NCBI GenBank assembly: GCA_002269645.1
Contig: NIVC01000621.1
Span: forward strand, 186,001 to 250,000
DNA: 64,000 nucleotides
Direction of reading: 5' to 3'
From: Macrostomum lignano
Lineage: Eukaryota
Below are positions 48,102 to 60,583 of this stretch, one piece after another; positions within the stretch are counted from its first letter, which is position 1; every line of letters begins with the position of its first letter. Made by a program: the position numbers and the translations under genes. The notes beneath the pieces were generated by a model. That model was not told the origin of the DNA. It ran no database searches and worked only from the letters and a program-made list of their open reading frames with translations.

Positions 48102-49224
48102 ATGCCACCTCCAACAGCCGCCAAGTTAGCGGCAGGCAACAACAGCAGTAATCGCATCATCAACAGCAGCAGCAACATGTCTAGCAGTGCGTCACTGGAT
48201 AAAAATCCATTCACAGCTGGCACAACCACAGTCGGAGCTACTGGCACTCGCAAAGTATTCATACCTCGCGACTTCACTAACGGACTTGAATTGCGATTCT
48301 CAACTGCTTTCCCAGTTCAACTGCAAGGCCGAATTCCTGAAGAGACTTTTGTTGCCGTGGTAACCAATATTAATGAGATTTTAACTGCCGCAGAACGCGG
48401 ATCGCCCGCAGTTTATATGGAGAGCATCTTTGCCTGTCTGACTGGCTACCTGCTCTACCTGTGCATCGATACTCATTACGAAAAGGTGAGCTTTAATCTG
48501 AACGGGTGCTGTGTCCCTGATAAGTCAAGAGCTAGCTTGTCTCTGCTTGGTCAAGAGCTAGCTTGTCTCTGATTGGTCAGGAGCTAGTTTGTCTCTGATT
48601 AGTCAAGAGCTAACCTGGCCCTGATTGGTCAGGAGCTAGTTTGTATCTTATTGGTCAGTAGCTAGTTTGTCTCTGATTGCTCAGGAGCTAGTTTGTCTCT
48701 GATTGGTCAGGAGCTAGTTTGTATCTTATTGGTCAGTAGCTAGTTTGTCTCTGATTGGTCAGGAGCTAGTTTGTCTCTGATTGCTCAGGAGCTAGCTTGT
48801 CTCTGATTGGTCAGGAGCTAGTTTGTCTCTGATGGGTCAGTAGCTAGTTTGTCTCTGATTGCTCAGGAGCTAGTTTGTCTCTGATTGGTCAGGAGCTAGT
48901 TTGTCTCTTATTGGTCAGTAGCTAGTTTGTCTCTGATTGCTCAGCAGCTAGTTTGTCTCTGATTGCTCAGGAGCTAGTTTGTCTCTGATTGGTCAGCAGC
49001 TAGTTTGTCTCTGATTGGTCAGCAGTCAGTCTATCCCTGATTGGTCAGCTGTTTCCCAGCCAGTCTAAGCAAAGCACCGCACTCCATCTCCGCAGAGCCT
49101 GAAGCAGGTGTCGCGCCTGGTTGCCGAGTACAATCGCACAACATTTGAGCCCAATCGGCTGATGCTTGTCGATCCCAGCGATCGAGGACTTCGCGTTCTG
49201 GAAATTGTTGTGCTAAACGATTAA
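48102..49224 (+). CDS. GOLGA7: Golgin A7 / ERF4 family palmitoyltransferase accessory subunit, ~170 aa; exons 48102-48485, 49096-49224
   Basis: RKVFIPRDFTNGLELRFSTAFPVQLQGRI...INEILTAAE...ESIFACLTGYLLYLCIDTHYEK|SLKQVSRLVAEYNRTTFEP...LVDPSDRGLRVLEI; phase-0 GT-AG intron. Confidence 0.9.
48520..49050. repeat. 26-bp minisatellite (ggagctagtttgtctctgattggtca) in the GOLGA7 intron
   Basis: Visible tandem copies. Confidence 0.95.
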
Positions 49225-49879
49225 TTTCTGTAACTAATTGTGATTCTTTTATTTCTATATAAATATAAATGAGTACTGTAAGTAGGTGTTGTTTTATTTG
49301 TTCATATGGATGCTCTTATTTATAGTTTTATCGACAAGTTGGACAAACAACGTGTCGCTGTCCACCTGTCCTGTGATTGCGCTAACTAGACTTTTTATTG
49401 GATAATTTTTATATTTAACAAGTCTTGTACACACCTGTAATGTACTTTATGCACTATATATAATTATAATAGCCTGAATTTTTTTCATTGGTCTTATATC
49501 TGCTATTTATGTTACTACCATATGTTTAAAATATTGTTTGTATAAGTTATATAAATAAGTTACAGCAATAAAACATTATGTCTGCATTACTCATTCCTTT
49601 TATTTAATGTAGGCTTCTTATATTACAAATATAATTTCATTTATTTACATTGCAAAACAATACTTTAACTAATATGTTTTATGAAGTTGCAGAACAAAAG
49701 CTGGCGCTTGAGACGGATTTTAATAAATATTACATGGGATTCTGCGTGTATTTACTGAATTACTTGTAGCAGACTTAATAATAGCTTTTTAATGCTTTTT
49801 TGCATTTTGTTTACTATGTAGGAATATCAGTTAACAGGGGTTTAGTATGTTTTCAGATGTTTTCTTTTGATGTGTCTTT

Positions 49880-51200
49880 AAATAGATTTTTTGCGTGTCT
49901 TTCGACGGGTTCTTTTAATGTCTGAGATGTCTTAGTTAGGGTCGTTTTATGTGTGATGTGTCTTTAGATGGGTTCTTTCAATGTGTGGTGTGTCTTTAGA
50001 TGGGATCTTTTAATTTGTGATGTGTCTTTAGATGGGGTCTTTTAATGTGTGATGTGTCTTTAGATGGGGTCTTTTAATGTGTGATGTGTCTTTAGATGGA
50101 GTCTTTTAATGTGATGTGTCTTTAGATGGGGTCTTTTAATGTGTGATGTGTCTTTAGATGGAGTATTTTAATGTGTGATGTGTCTTTAGATGGAGTCTTT
50201 TAATGTGTGATGTGTCTTTAGATGGAGTCTTTTAATGTGTGATGTGTCTTTAGATGGAGTATTTTAATGTGTGATGTGTCTTTAGATGGAGTCTTTTAAT
50301 GTGTGATGTGTCTTTAGATGTGGTCTTTAAATGTGTGATGTGTCTTTAGATGGAGTATTTTAATGTGTGATGTGTCTTTAGATGGAGTATTTTAATGTGT
50401 GATGTGTCTTTAGATGGAGTCTTTTAATGTGTGATGTGTCTTTAGATGGGGTGTTTTAATGTGTGATGTGTCTTTAGATGTGGTCTTTAAATGTGTGATG
50501 TGTCTTTAGATGTGGTCTTTAAATGTGTGATGTGTCTTTAGATGGAGTATTTTAATGTGTGATGTATTTTTAGATGGGGTGTTTTAATGTGTGATGTGTC
50601 TTTAGATGGGGTGTTTTAATGTGTGATGTGTCTTTAGATGTGGTCTTTAAATGTGTGATGTGTCTTTAGATGTGGTCTTTAAATGTGTGATGTGTCTTTA
50701 GATGGAGTATTTTAATGTGTGATGTATTTTTAGATGGGGTGTTTTAATGTGTGATGTGTCTTTAGATGGGGTGTTTTAATGTGTGATGTGTCTTTAGATG
50801 TGGTCTTTAAATGTGTGATGTGTCTTTAGATGGAGTATTTTAATGTGTGATGTATTTTTAGATGGGGTGTTTTAATGTGTGATGTGTCTTTAGATGGGGT
50901 GTTTTAATGTGTGATGTGTCTTTAGATGGAGTATTTTAATGTGTGATGTGTCTTTAGATGGAGTCTTTTAATGTGTGATGTGTCTTTAGATGGGGTCTTT
51001 TAATGTGTGATGTGTCTTTAGATGGGTTCTTTCAATGTGTGGTGTGTCTTTAGATGGGTTCTTTTAATGTGTGATACGTTTTTAGATAGGGTCTTTTGAT
51101 GTGTTCTTAGATGGGTCTTGCAGTGTGTAATTTGTCTTTAGATGTGAATTTTTAGGATATAGGATCTTTTAATGTGTCCTTAAGATGGACTCTTTTTACT
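49880..51200. repeat. 32-bp minisatellite (tttaatgtgtgatgtgtctttagatggggtct) upstream of USP40
   Basis: Homogeneous core at ~50000-51050 with degenerate edges. Confidence 0.95.
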
Positions 51201-51472
51201 TGTACTTAAATGGTTTTTAATGTACTATTAGATGGGGTGTTATTTAAAGAGTGATGTGTCCTTAAACAACACAAAAAAGAATTTTACACCCGGTTCAAGG
51301 TCACAATGTGTCATTAATATCAATGTTAATATTTTGTTTCACGCTAAATCCTTGAAGAAGCCGACAGAATCCAGCAGCATCTGATCTGCATCCGCCATCC
51401 AGTCCAAAGAGGCGTCGCCTTCAAAGAGGGCAGCAGGAGAAAAAGCAGCAGATTGGTTTTGCTAGTAAGGCA

Positions 51473-54400
51473 ATGTTTCATAATTTATTCAATGAAGAAG
51501 ACAGCGCCGCTGGACCTTCGTCAACCTCGGCGCCTCGTCGGATGGCGTTCGACGCTGGCAACGCCGCCGCCCTGCCATTGCAGCCACGTGGGCCAACAAA
51601 ATTGGCCGGCTTAGAGAACCAAGGCGCCACCTGCTATTTGAATTCGTTAATTCAGGTGATCTTGGCGGCGCCAGAGCTGCGCAGAGCTGTCATGTCAATC
51701 AGGGGGGAGCAGATCGGTCTGTACTCAGAAGCTGATGCTGACAAATTCGAGTTGAAAGACATCGAAGCCGATCCGAATGTTAGCGCATCGGCTAGGCTGC
51801 GTCGGATTCCGTTTGAATTGCAACGATTGTTAGGCAGACTGTTGCTAAGCAACCGGGAGGCGTTGAGCACTCGCGAGCTGACTCGCAGCTTCGGCTGGGA
51901 CCAGATGGAGCACGCTGATCAGCACGATGTGCAAGAATTGAACCGGCTCCTGTTCTCAGCGTTAGAGGACTCCCTTGCCGGCGTCAAAGGCGCTCCTTAT
52001 GAAGGCATCGCCAAACAGATTCGAGGCTCGTTTCGCACCTCGATCCGGTGCAGCGAATGCGGCCACGCCTCCAACCGGTCGGAGGACTTTCTGGATCTCT
52101 GCGTGACCACAGTAGGCTATCAGAGATTGGAAGACAGCTTGAACGATTTGTTCGGCTCCGAGTGGCTTCAGGGTGACAATAAATACCGCTGCGACGGCTG
52201 CAACCGGCTGGTGGACGCTGAGAAGGTGCGCGTCGCCACAAGTTCTTGACCTACTGAGTTCGTTAGTTTTGTAGGGGGTGGGGGAGTCGCAGCTGCTAGC
52301 TCACACGGGATGTACAGTGGCTGGCATGTGTCTACTCTGTGCACTAGAGATTGGCTTTCTTGGGCGAGAATTGCCAACACTGAACGCCAGGCACCCCCCC
52401 TCAACAAAAATTCCACTTCTCCAAAAACAAAATAAAAAAGCTAGTTATGCTTAACAAATAAAAAGGGGCGCCAACCATGAGGCAGGGGCGCCCACTAAGA
52501 GACAGGGGCGCCAACCATGAGGCAGGGGCGCCCACTAAGAGACAGGGGCGCCAACCATGAGGCAGGGGCGCCCACTAAGAGACAGGGGTGCCTACTAAGA
52601 GACAGAGGTGCCTACTAAGAGACAGGGGTGCCTACTAAGAGACAGGGGTGCCTACTAAGAGACAGGGGTGCCTACTAAGAGACAGGGGTGCCTACTAAGA
52701 GACAGGGGTGCCTACTAAGAGACGGGTGCCTACTAAGAGACAGAGGTGCCTACTAAGAGACAGGGGTGCTTACTAAGAGACAGGGGTGCCTACTAAGAGA
52801 CAGGGGTGCCTACTAAGAGACAGGGGTGCCTATTAAGAGACAGGGGTGCCTACTAAGAGACAGGGGTGCCTACTAAGAGACAGGGGTGCCTACTAAGAGA
52901 CAGGGGTGCCTACTAAGAGACAGGGGTGCCTACTAAGAGACAGGGGTGCTTACTAAGAGACAGGGGTGCCTACTAAAAGACAGAGGTGCCTACTAAGAGA
53001 CAGAGGTGCCTACTAAGAGACAGGGATGCCTACTAAGAGACAGGGATGCCTACTAAGAGACAGGGGTGCCTACTAAGAGACAGGGGTGCCTACTAAGAGA
53101 CAGGGGTGCCTACTAAGAGACAGAGGTGCCTACTAAGAGACAGGGGTGCCTACTAAGAGACAGGGGTGCCTACTAAGAGACGGGTGCCTACTAAGAGACA
53201 GAGGTGCCTACTAAGAGACAGGGGTGCCTACTAAGAGACAGGGGTGCCTACTAAGAGACAGGGGTGCCTACTAAGAGACAGGGGTGCCTACTAAGAGACA
53301 GGGGTGCCTACTAAGAGACAGGGGTGCCTACTAAGAGACGGGTGCCTACTAAGAGACAGAGGTGCCTACTAAGAGACAGGGGTGCCTACTAAGAGACAGG
53401 GGTGCTTACTAAGAGACAGGGGTGCCTACTAAGAGACAGAGGTGCCTACTAAGAGACAGGGGTGCCTACTAAGAGACAGGGGTGCCTACTAAGAGACAGA
53501 GGTGCCTACTAAGAGACAGGGGTGCCTACTAAGAGACAGAGGTGCCTACTAAGAGACAGAGGTGCCTACTAAGAGACAGGGATGCCTACTAAGAGACAGG
53601 GATGCCTACTAAGAGACAGGGGTGCCTACTAAGAGACAGTGGTGCTTACTAAGAGACAGGGGTGCCTACTAAGAGACAGAGGTGCCTACTAAGAGACAGA
53701 GGTGCCTACTAAGAGACAGGGATGCCTACTAAGAGACAGGGGTGCCTACTAAGAGACAGGGGTGCCTACTAAGAGACAGGGGTGCCTACTAAGAGACGGG
53801 TGCCTACTAAGAGACAGAGGTGCCTACTAAGAGACAGGGGTGCCTACTAAGAGACAGGGGTGCCTACTAAGAGACAGGGGTGCCTACTAAGAGACAGAGG
53901 TGCCTACTAAGAGACAGGGGTGCCTACTAAGAGACGGGTGCCTACTAAGAGACAGAGGTGCCTACTAAGAGACAGGGGTGCCTACTAAGAGACAGGGGTG
54001 CCTACTAAGAGACAGGGGTGCTTACTAAGAGACAGGGGTGCCTACTAAGAGACAGAGGTGCCTACTAAGAGACAGAGGTGCCTACTAAGAGACAGGGATG
54101 CCTACTAAGAGACAGGGATGCCTACTAAGAGACAGGGGTGCCTACTAAGAGACAGGGGTGCCTACTAAGAGACAGGGGTGCCTACTAAGAGACGGGTGCC
54201 TACTAAGAGACAGAGGTGCCTACTAAGAGACAGGGGTGCTTACTAAGAGACAGGGGTGCCTACTAAGAGACAGGGGTGCCTACTAAGAGACAGGGGTGCC
54301 TACTAAGAGACAGGGGTGCCTACTAAGAGACAGGGGTGCCTACTAAGAGACAGGGGTGCCTACTAAGAGACAGGGGTGCCTACTAAGAGACAGGGGTGCC

Positions 54401-57400
54401 TACTAAGAGACAGGGGTGCCTATTAAGAGACAGAGGTGCCTACTAAGAGACAGGGGTGCCTACTAAGAGACAGAGGTGCCTACTAAGAGACAGGGGTGCC
54501 TACTAAGAGACAGGGGTGCCTACTAAGAGACAGAGGTGCCTACTAAGAGACAGGGGTGCCTACTAAGAGACAGGGGTGCCTACTAAGAGACAGGGGTGCC
54601 TACTAAGAGACAGGGGTGCCTACTAAGAGACAGGGGTGCCTACTAAGAGACAGGGGTGCCTACTAAGAGACAGGGGTGCCTACTAAGAGACAGGGGTGCC
54701 TACTAAGAGACAGGGGTGCCTACTAAGAGACAGGGGTGCCTATTAAGACAGGAGCGCCGACCCAAAAGACAGGGGCGTCCACTAAGACACTAAATAGGGT
54801 TGCGGCTCCCTCCAAGTAAAAATCCTGCGTACGCCATTGTATACACTATGCATGCACATCAAATAGCGAGACTTAAACCCGGATTAAAGTCCTAAGCTAT
54901 ACCTGCTATCATCCTATCGAAGTCCTAAGCAATCATCTATTGCTCTCTCCACAGACCAGCCGCCTGACCCACCTACCGCCAATCCTGACCCTCTCGCTGA
55001 TGCGTTTCGACTTCGACTTCGCCAGAATGACCCGAGTGAAGCACGACGGCCGTTTCACTTTTCCCTACGCCGACTGTTTGGACCTTGGCAAGCACCTGGC
55101 CGAGCATTGCGATGCCGCCTCGCAGGGTGGGGCTCTCTACGAGCTGTTTGCTGTAGTGATCCACGGTGGCTCCGCCATGGGCGGTCACTATTACGCCTAT
55201 GTGAGAGATTTGGAGCAGCGCGGACACTGGTGGCAGGTGGACAAATCAGACAAACGCAACTCCGGTGATAATGCTCAATCGGCTAGGCCTTCTCCGTCTG
55301 TGCTCAAGCAGTTATTACTAGACGATCCTGATCAGTGCTTGCCTCTGAACGAATTGGCTACTAGGTTTAAATTTGTCACTGGGCAGGCCTGGTCTACCGC
55401 TTGCAAAAATCGATGGGGTCCCATCTTGCAGTACGTCAAATCTAATGATGACGTTTTCCAAGTGGACGAGAATGGCGATAGGATTTTAGTAAGGCTTAAA
55501 GTTCATGCCCTGGAGGCTGCGTTGGATGCCGATGATGAAGCTGCAGTTAGGGATGAGGAGCCAGCTGCTAATGGTGGAAAAGTCCACGGAAATGGATTGG
55601 ATGCTGCTTCTGAACAGTGAGTTTTTCATCTTTTAATACCCCGAATGACCTTTATACTGTGCTCAAAATTATCATACGAGCTATCGATTCTTCTTAATGA
55701 CCTTCAAATGTACTCAAGATTATCAGATCATCATCGATTCTCCTAAACAACCTTCAAATGTACTCAATTACATCGACTCGACTCCCCCAGATGACCTTCC
55801 ACTGTTGTACTTTAAACGCAGGCACTGGTTCGACCTAAATGACAGTCGAATTTCTCCGATTCGTCCATCGGACATTGAGCGCCAGTTCTCCGGCCGTACA
55901 TCCGCCTACATGCTGTTCTATAGGCAGTGCAGCCGTAACGAAGCCATCTTCCCTCTGTCTCCAGACGAGATCAAAGAGGAGATGCCAGACTGGCTCTATC
56001 GAGCGATTAAGAAAGAGAATAAAGAATTAAGATCTCAACGGAAAAAGCACGACGAAGAAGTTAATCGAGTTAATTACGCTCTGTACCACGAGAGCCAGTT
56101 CAAGTTGCGGTCGGACAGACTGATCTGGGATCCTGAACCTGCCGGTGAAGCGTTGCAGCCCCATTCTACTGTTGTTATCAACTGCAACAATACAATTGAC
56201 GATTTGCTTTGCAAAATTGACACCGAGATGGTGGGTAAAAGTGTTTTTTATTGTTCTAATTTCGCTTGTATAAAAACTGGCTTGATTGGCCATTAAACAC
56301 TAGCTAAACAGACGCTTAAACACTGGCTAAACAGACGCTTAAACACTAGCTAAACAGACGCTTAAACACTGGCTAAACAGACGCTTAAACACTGGCTAAA
56401 CAGACGCTTAAACACTGGCTAAACAGACGCTTAAACACTGGCTAAACAGACGCTTAAACACTGGCTAAACAGACGCTTAAACACTAGCTAAACAGACGCT
56501 TAAACACTGGCTAAACAGACGCTTAAACACTGGCTAAACAGACGCTTAAACACTGGCTAAACAGACGCTTAAACACTGGCTAAACAGACGCTTAAACACT
56601 AGCTAAACAGACGCTTAAACACTAGCTAAACAGACGCTTAAACACTGGCTAAACAGACGCTTAAACACTGGCTAAACAGACGCTTAAACACTAGCTAAAC
56701 AGACGCTTAAACACTGGCTAAACAGACGCTTAAACACTGGCTAAACAGACGCTTAAACGCTAGCTAAACAGACGCTTAAACACTAGCTAAACAGACGCTT
56801 AAACACTGGCTAAACAGACGCTTAAACACTGGCTAAACAGACGCTTAAACACTGGCTAAACAGACGCTTAAACACTAGCTAAACAGACGCTTAAACACTG
56901 GCTAAACAGACGCTTAAACACTGGCTAAACAGACGCTTAAACACTGGCTAAACAGACGCTTAAACACTAGCTAAACAGACGCTTAAACACTAGCTAAACA
57001 GACGCTTAAACACTAGCTAAACAGACGCTTAAACACTGGCTAAACAGACGCTTAAACACTGGCTAAATAGTGACTTGTTTTGAATAATTAAACTTGAAGA
57101 TCTCCATACCTTTCAGTCCGACCTGATGCCAGAAGTCGGTTGCGTTGTCTGCCTGGAACGCACCGATTGCGGCTATTACGCTCTGTGTCGCCTAACCGAT
57201 CCAACAGTTTTGCTCGGCGATTCCACAGTAGAATCGGCCCCATTTATGTGGCAGTGCAGTGCGTCTAATCCGTATGTGTTCGTCAGCTTCTCACGTAAGG
57301 TAAGCTGCAGGCTCGGTAATTAACAGTGGGTTATAATACCATGTAATTTATGGTATGCTGACATCCTGAAATTTCTGGTATCACCCTGTTCAGTCTGTGT

Positions 57401-60400
57401 CAACACTCTGACACCCTGTTCAGTCTGTGTCAACACTCTGACACCCTGTTCAGTCTGTGTCAACACTCTGACACCCTGTTCAGTCTGTGTCAACACTCTG
57501 ACACCCTGTTCAGTCTGTGTCAACACTCTGACACCCTGTTCAGTCTGTGTCAACACTCTGACACCCTGATTAGTCGTGTCAACACTCTGACACCCTGTTC
57601 AGTCTGTGTCAACACTCTGACACCCTGTTCAGTTTGTGTCAACACTCTGACACCCTGTTCAGTCTGTGTCAACACTCTGACACCCTGTTCAGTCTGTGTC
57701 AACACTCTGACACCCTGATTAGTCGTGTCAACACTCTGACACCCTGTTCAGTCTGTGTCAACACTCTGACACCCTGTTCAGTTTGTGTCAACACTCTGAC
57801 ACCCTGTTCAGTCTGTGTCAACACTCTGACACCCTGTTCAGTCTGTGTCAACACTCTGACACCCTGATTAGTCGTGTCAACACTCTGACACCCTGTTCAG
57901 TCTGTGTCAACACTCTGACACCCTGTTCAGTTTGTGTCAACACTCTGACACCCTGTTCAGTCTGTGTCAACACTCTGACACCCTGTTCAGTCTGTGTCAA
58001 TACTCTGACACCCTGTTTAGTCTGTCTCAACACCCTGTTCAGTCTGTGTCAACACTGACACCCTGTTCAGACTGTATCAACACGCTGACAACCTGAAGTC
58101 TGTAAAATGCATTACACTGTAGTTTTTTATTTTATTATCGAATTGACACCGTCAGGAAACTGAGAGCTTCATCTCAGGCGAGAGCAATCGTCCAATCAAG
58201 CTACGTTTTCACTTTCGCGGCGGTGAATCCCAAGAGGTCACCCTGCCAGCCTCTAAACCGCTGATTGACTGCATTAGTGGCGTCCTGCCTATGCTATCGC
58301 ATACACTAGGCACTGATCTAGAGACCGCTATTGAATCTAAACAATGCTACGTGCAACGGGAATGCGCAAATGATATTAAGAAGACTCGTCTAGTTGTGCC
58401 AGCATCGAGTCTTTCAACTAGTATTGGCGATCTAGGCTTCAAGACTGGGGACCGATTGTACGTGTCGGTTTCCAAGGAGGACAGTGTCTCTATTGAAGCC
58501 ACTTGTCAGCAAGTTGATGTCACCATGATTCTGGTTAGTAATGTATACAATAGATTGCAGTTTCATCAACCCTGTAGCAAAAGTTTCACGCGCAACCAAC
58601 TATACGATTCTTTATTGTTTTAGAACTCAAAATCAAACGAAAAGTCGGTGAAAACTCTTCGTCTCAAGCCTGGTCACGTAAGCTATTCGACGTTTTTTTT
58701 TTTTTTTTTTACACAAAGTTGATTTATTGGACTATTTTTGCTGCACTAAAGTTAGTTTGCCGGGGAGGCGCTGACCCCTGAGCACAAACTCAGAGACATA
58801 TGTACACTTTGTCACAAGGGGTTGTAGCCTAGTGGCTAAGAGTGTCGGACTCATGACTGAAAGGTCCAGGGGTTAGGAACTTTCTGCCACCTCTGAGCAT
58901 GAGCACCTATTGACATCGGCAAATGCCATTTTTAACTATATAAACATGCATCTTTCTGTATTGACTTCATTTTAAGCAAATGTATCATTTAATTTCAGAA
59001 AGCCTACCAAATCAAGCAAAGCATGTTCGACAAAGTTCATAAAGATTCCCTGGCATTTGATCCAAGCGCCTGGAGTGTTGAAGTTTACAGCGAGGACTTG
59101 AATTGCTTCTATCCTGGTGGGTAGTTAGTTGTATTCTGCTACTTTTTCAGCATATAAGTAATCCTATTTTTCCAACTCTGTCAACCTTCCAGTGCCAGAT
59201 TCTTTTGTTGTTGGTGAACTGTCAGCGCCCAGAATGCAACTTGTCAATAATCGGCCGCTTCGCGACGATGTTCGGGAAGTTTACATCAAAGTGACACTAG
59301 ATTCAAAGATTGCCAACCAGGATCCTGTTGGTATGATTGCCAGGCTGACTGATCGTGTTGACAAATTTCGTCGAAAAGCAGCTGACATGCTGAATGTCCG
59401 GCGTCCAGATTTCTATCACCTGTGCTTTGTCAGTCCAACTACTGGTGATGCGACGTCCGAGGTACGCGACGATCGGACCCTTGACAGTGCAGGTATTAAG
59501 CACGCCACTGAGCTGCGCATTGTCACTGGCCGGCCCTTGCTAACTGGTCAGGCTCGAGTTCGTCTGTTCGAGCATCTAGCGTTCGACCCGTCTGATTGGT
59601 TGGTTCGGCTTAGCCAATCGCCAAATTCGCTGTTTAAACAGCACAATGATCTGGTTATCGATCCAAATATGAGAGTTGACGACCTCACTGATTTGCTAAT
59701 TAAAGATGGACATATTAAAGAAGGTCAACCCGCTGCAATGTTTCGTCGGAAAGACAAAAAATTGCAACTATCGGCTTTGGCACCGTCAAGGCAGGTGTCA
59801 TCGTGTCACTTGAATCAGAGTGGCGTAGCCTTGTGCTTCGACCGTCACTGCGGTGTCCCGCCAGAGTTGGCCAGCAGGCCTAAGCAGCAAGTTGACCCGA
59901 TGCTATTGTGGTTGACCAGCAAGAAATCTGACAGTCTCAATGAGCACTATTCAGCACCAGAGCCTCTGTGGTGGCCGAACAGTTATGACACTGAGGACAG
60001 TGCAGCGTCTCTATACTCAGCTGTATATTATCAAGTTAGAATGGCAGCAAAACAAAAGCAACTGTTGCTAGCTAAGCGCTGTCACGAACGCTGCGATTGG
60101 TTGATCATACCGCGCGTGAAGGAAGCTTTATACAGCCAGCAGCAACAGGCTGATAAACTTGGCGCTGCAGCTCCGCTAACCAAATTGTCAACAACTTCGC
60201 CCTACTTGCTCCGAGATGGTGACGTAATAGCTTGGACAATTATCGGCGCAGAGTCGGACCGCGGAGAGTCTGCGCTCCGTCAGGTTATGCCAGAATATTT
60301 CAAGGGACCGCAGGACTTGCTAGTGCTGGAACAACGGCGCCAAGCTAGAGAGCGCAGGCGCGGTCAGGCCGGCCCAGACGAAGACGATTTTACTAGGGGT

Positions 60401-60583
60401 GTTCGGGTCGGCCATTTTTTCGGGGTTCGGGGTTTACCCCGAACCCGGTACCCCTACCCCGAACCCCGAACCCCGTCCCGAACATTTCTTCCAACCCCGA
60501 ACCCCGAACCCGGTACCAAAACCCGACCCGACCCCGAACGTAACCCCGAACATTTTCACGCTTATTTTGGTCAATCATTTTAA
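51473..60583 (+). CDS. USP40: Ubiquitin-specific protease USP40-like; exons 51473-52225, 54955-55616, 55822-56230, 57117-57299, 58156-58533, 58624-58677, 58999-59116, 59193-60583 (last ~63 codons are hAT-derived)
   Basis: MFHNLFNEED N-terminus; Cys box GLENQGATCYLNSLIQ; QHDVQELNRLLFSALE; His box VVIHGGSAMGGHYYAYVRD; insert with AWSTACKNRWGPILQYV; HWFDLND; SAYMLFYRQ. All seven introns are GT-AG with matching phases. Confidence 0.88.
52465..54790. repeat. 20-bp minisatellite (gcctactaagagacaggggt), ~2.3 kb, in USP40 intron 1
   Basis: Over 100 tandem copies; the first units read aggggcgcc(c)a. Confidence 0.98.
56295..57070. repeat. 23-bp minisatellite (ggctaaacagacgcttaaacact) in USP40 intron 3
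   Basis: Two alternating variants, ctggcta/ctagcta. Confidence 0.97.
57380..58095. repeat. 30-bp minisatellite (ctctgacaccctgttcagtctgtgtcaaca) with a 149-bp higher-order unit in USP40 intron 4
   Basis: The variant gattagtcg recurs at ~57568, 57717 and 57866. Confidence 0.97.
58818..58885 (+). pseudogene. tRNA-like (CAT anticodon) fragment / SINE head in USP40 intron 6
   Basis: ggggttgtagcctagtggctaagagtgtcggactcatgactga has an A-box, D arm and anticodon loop ctCATga; the T arm and acceptor 3' strand are missing. Confidence 0.45.

Noticed and set aside
58818-58885. Functional tRNA-Met gene
   Set aside because: The T arm and acceptor stem cannot be formed; kept only as a pseudo-tRNA/SINE head.
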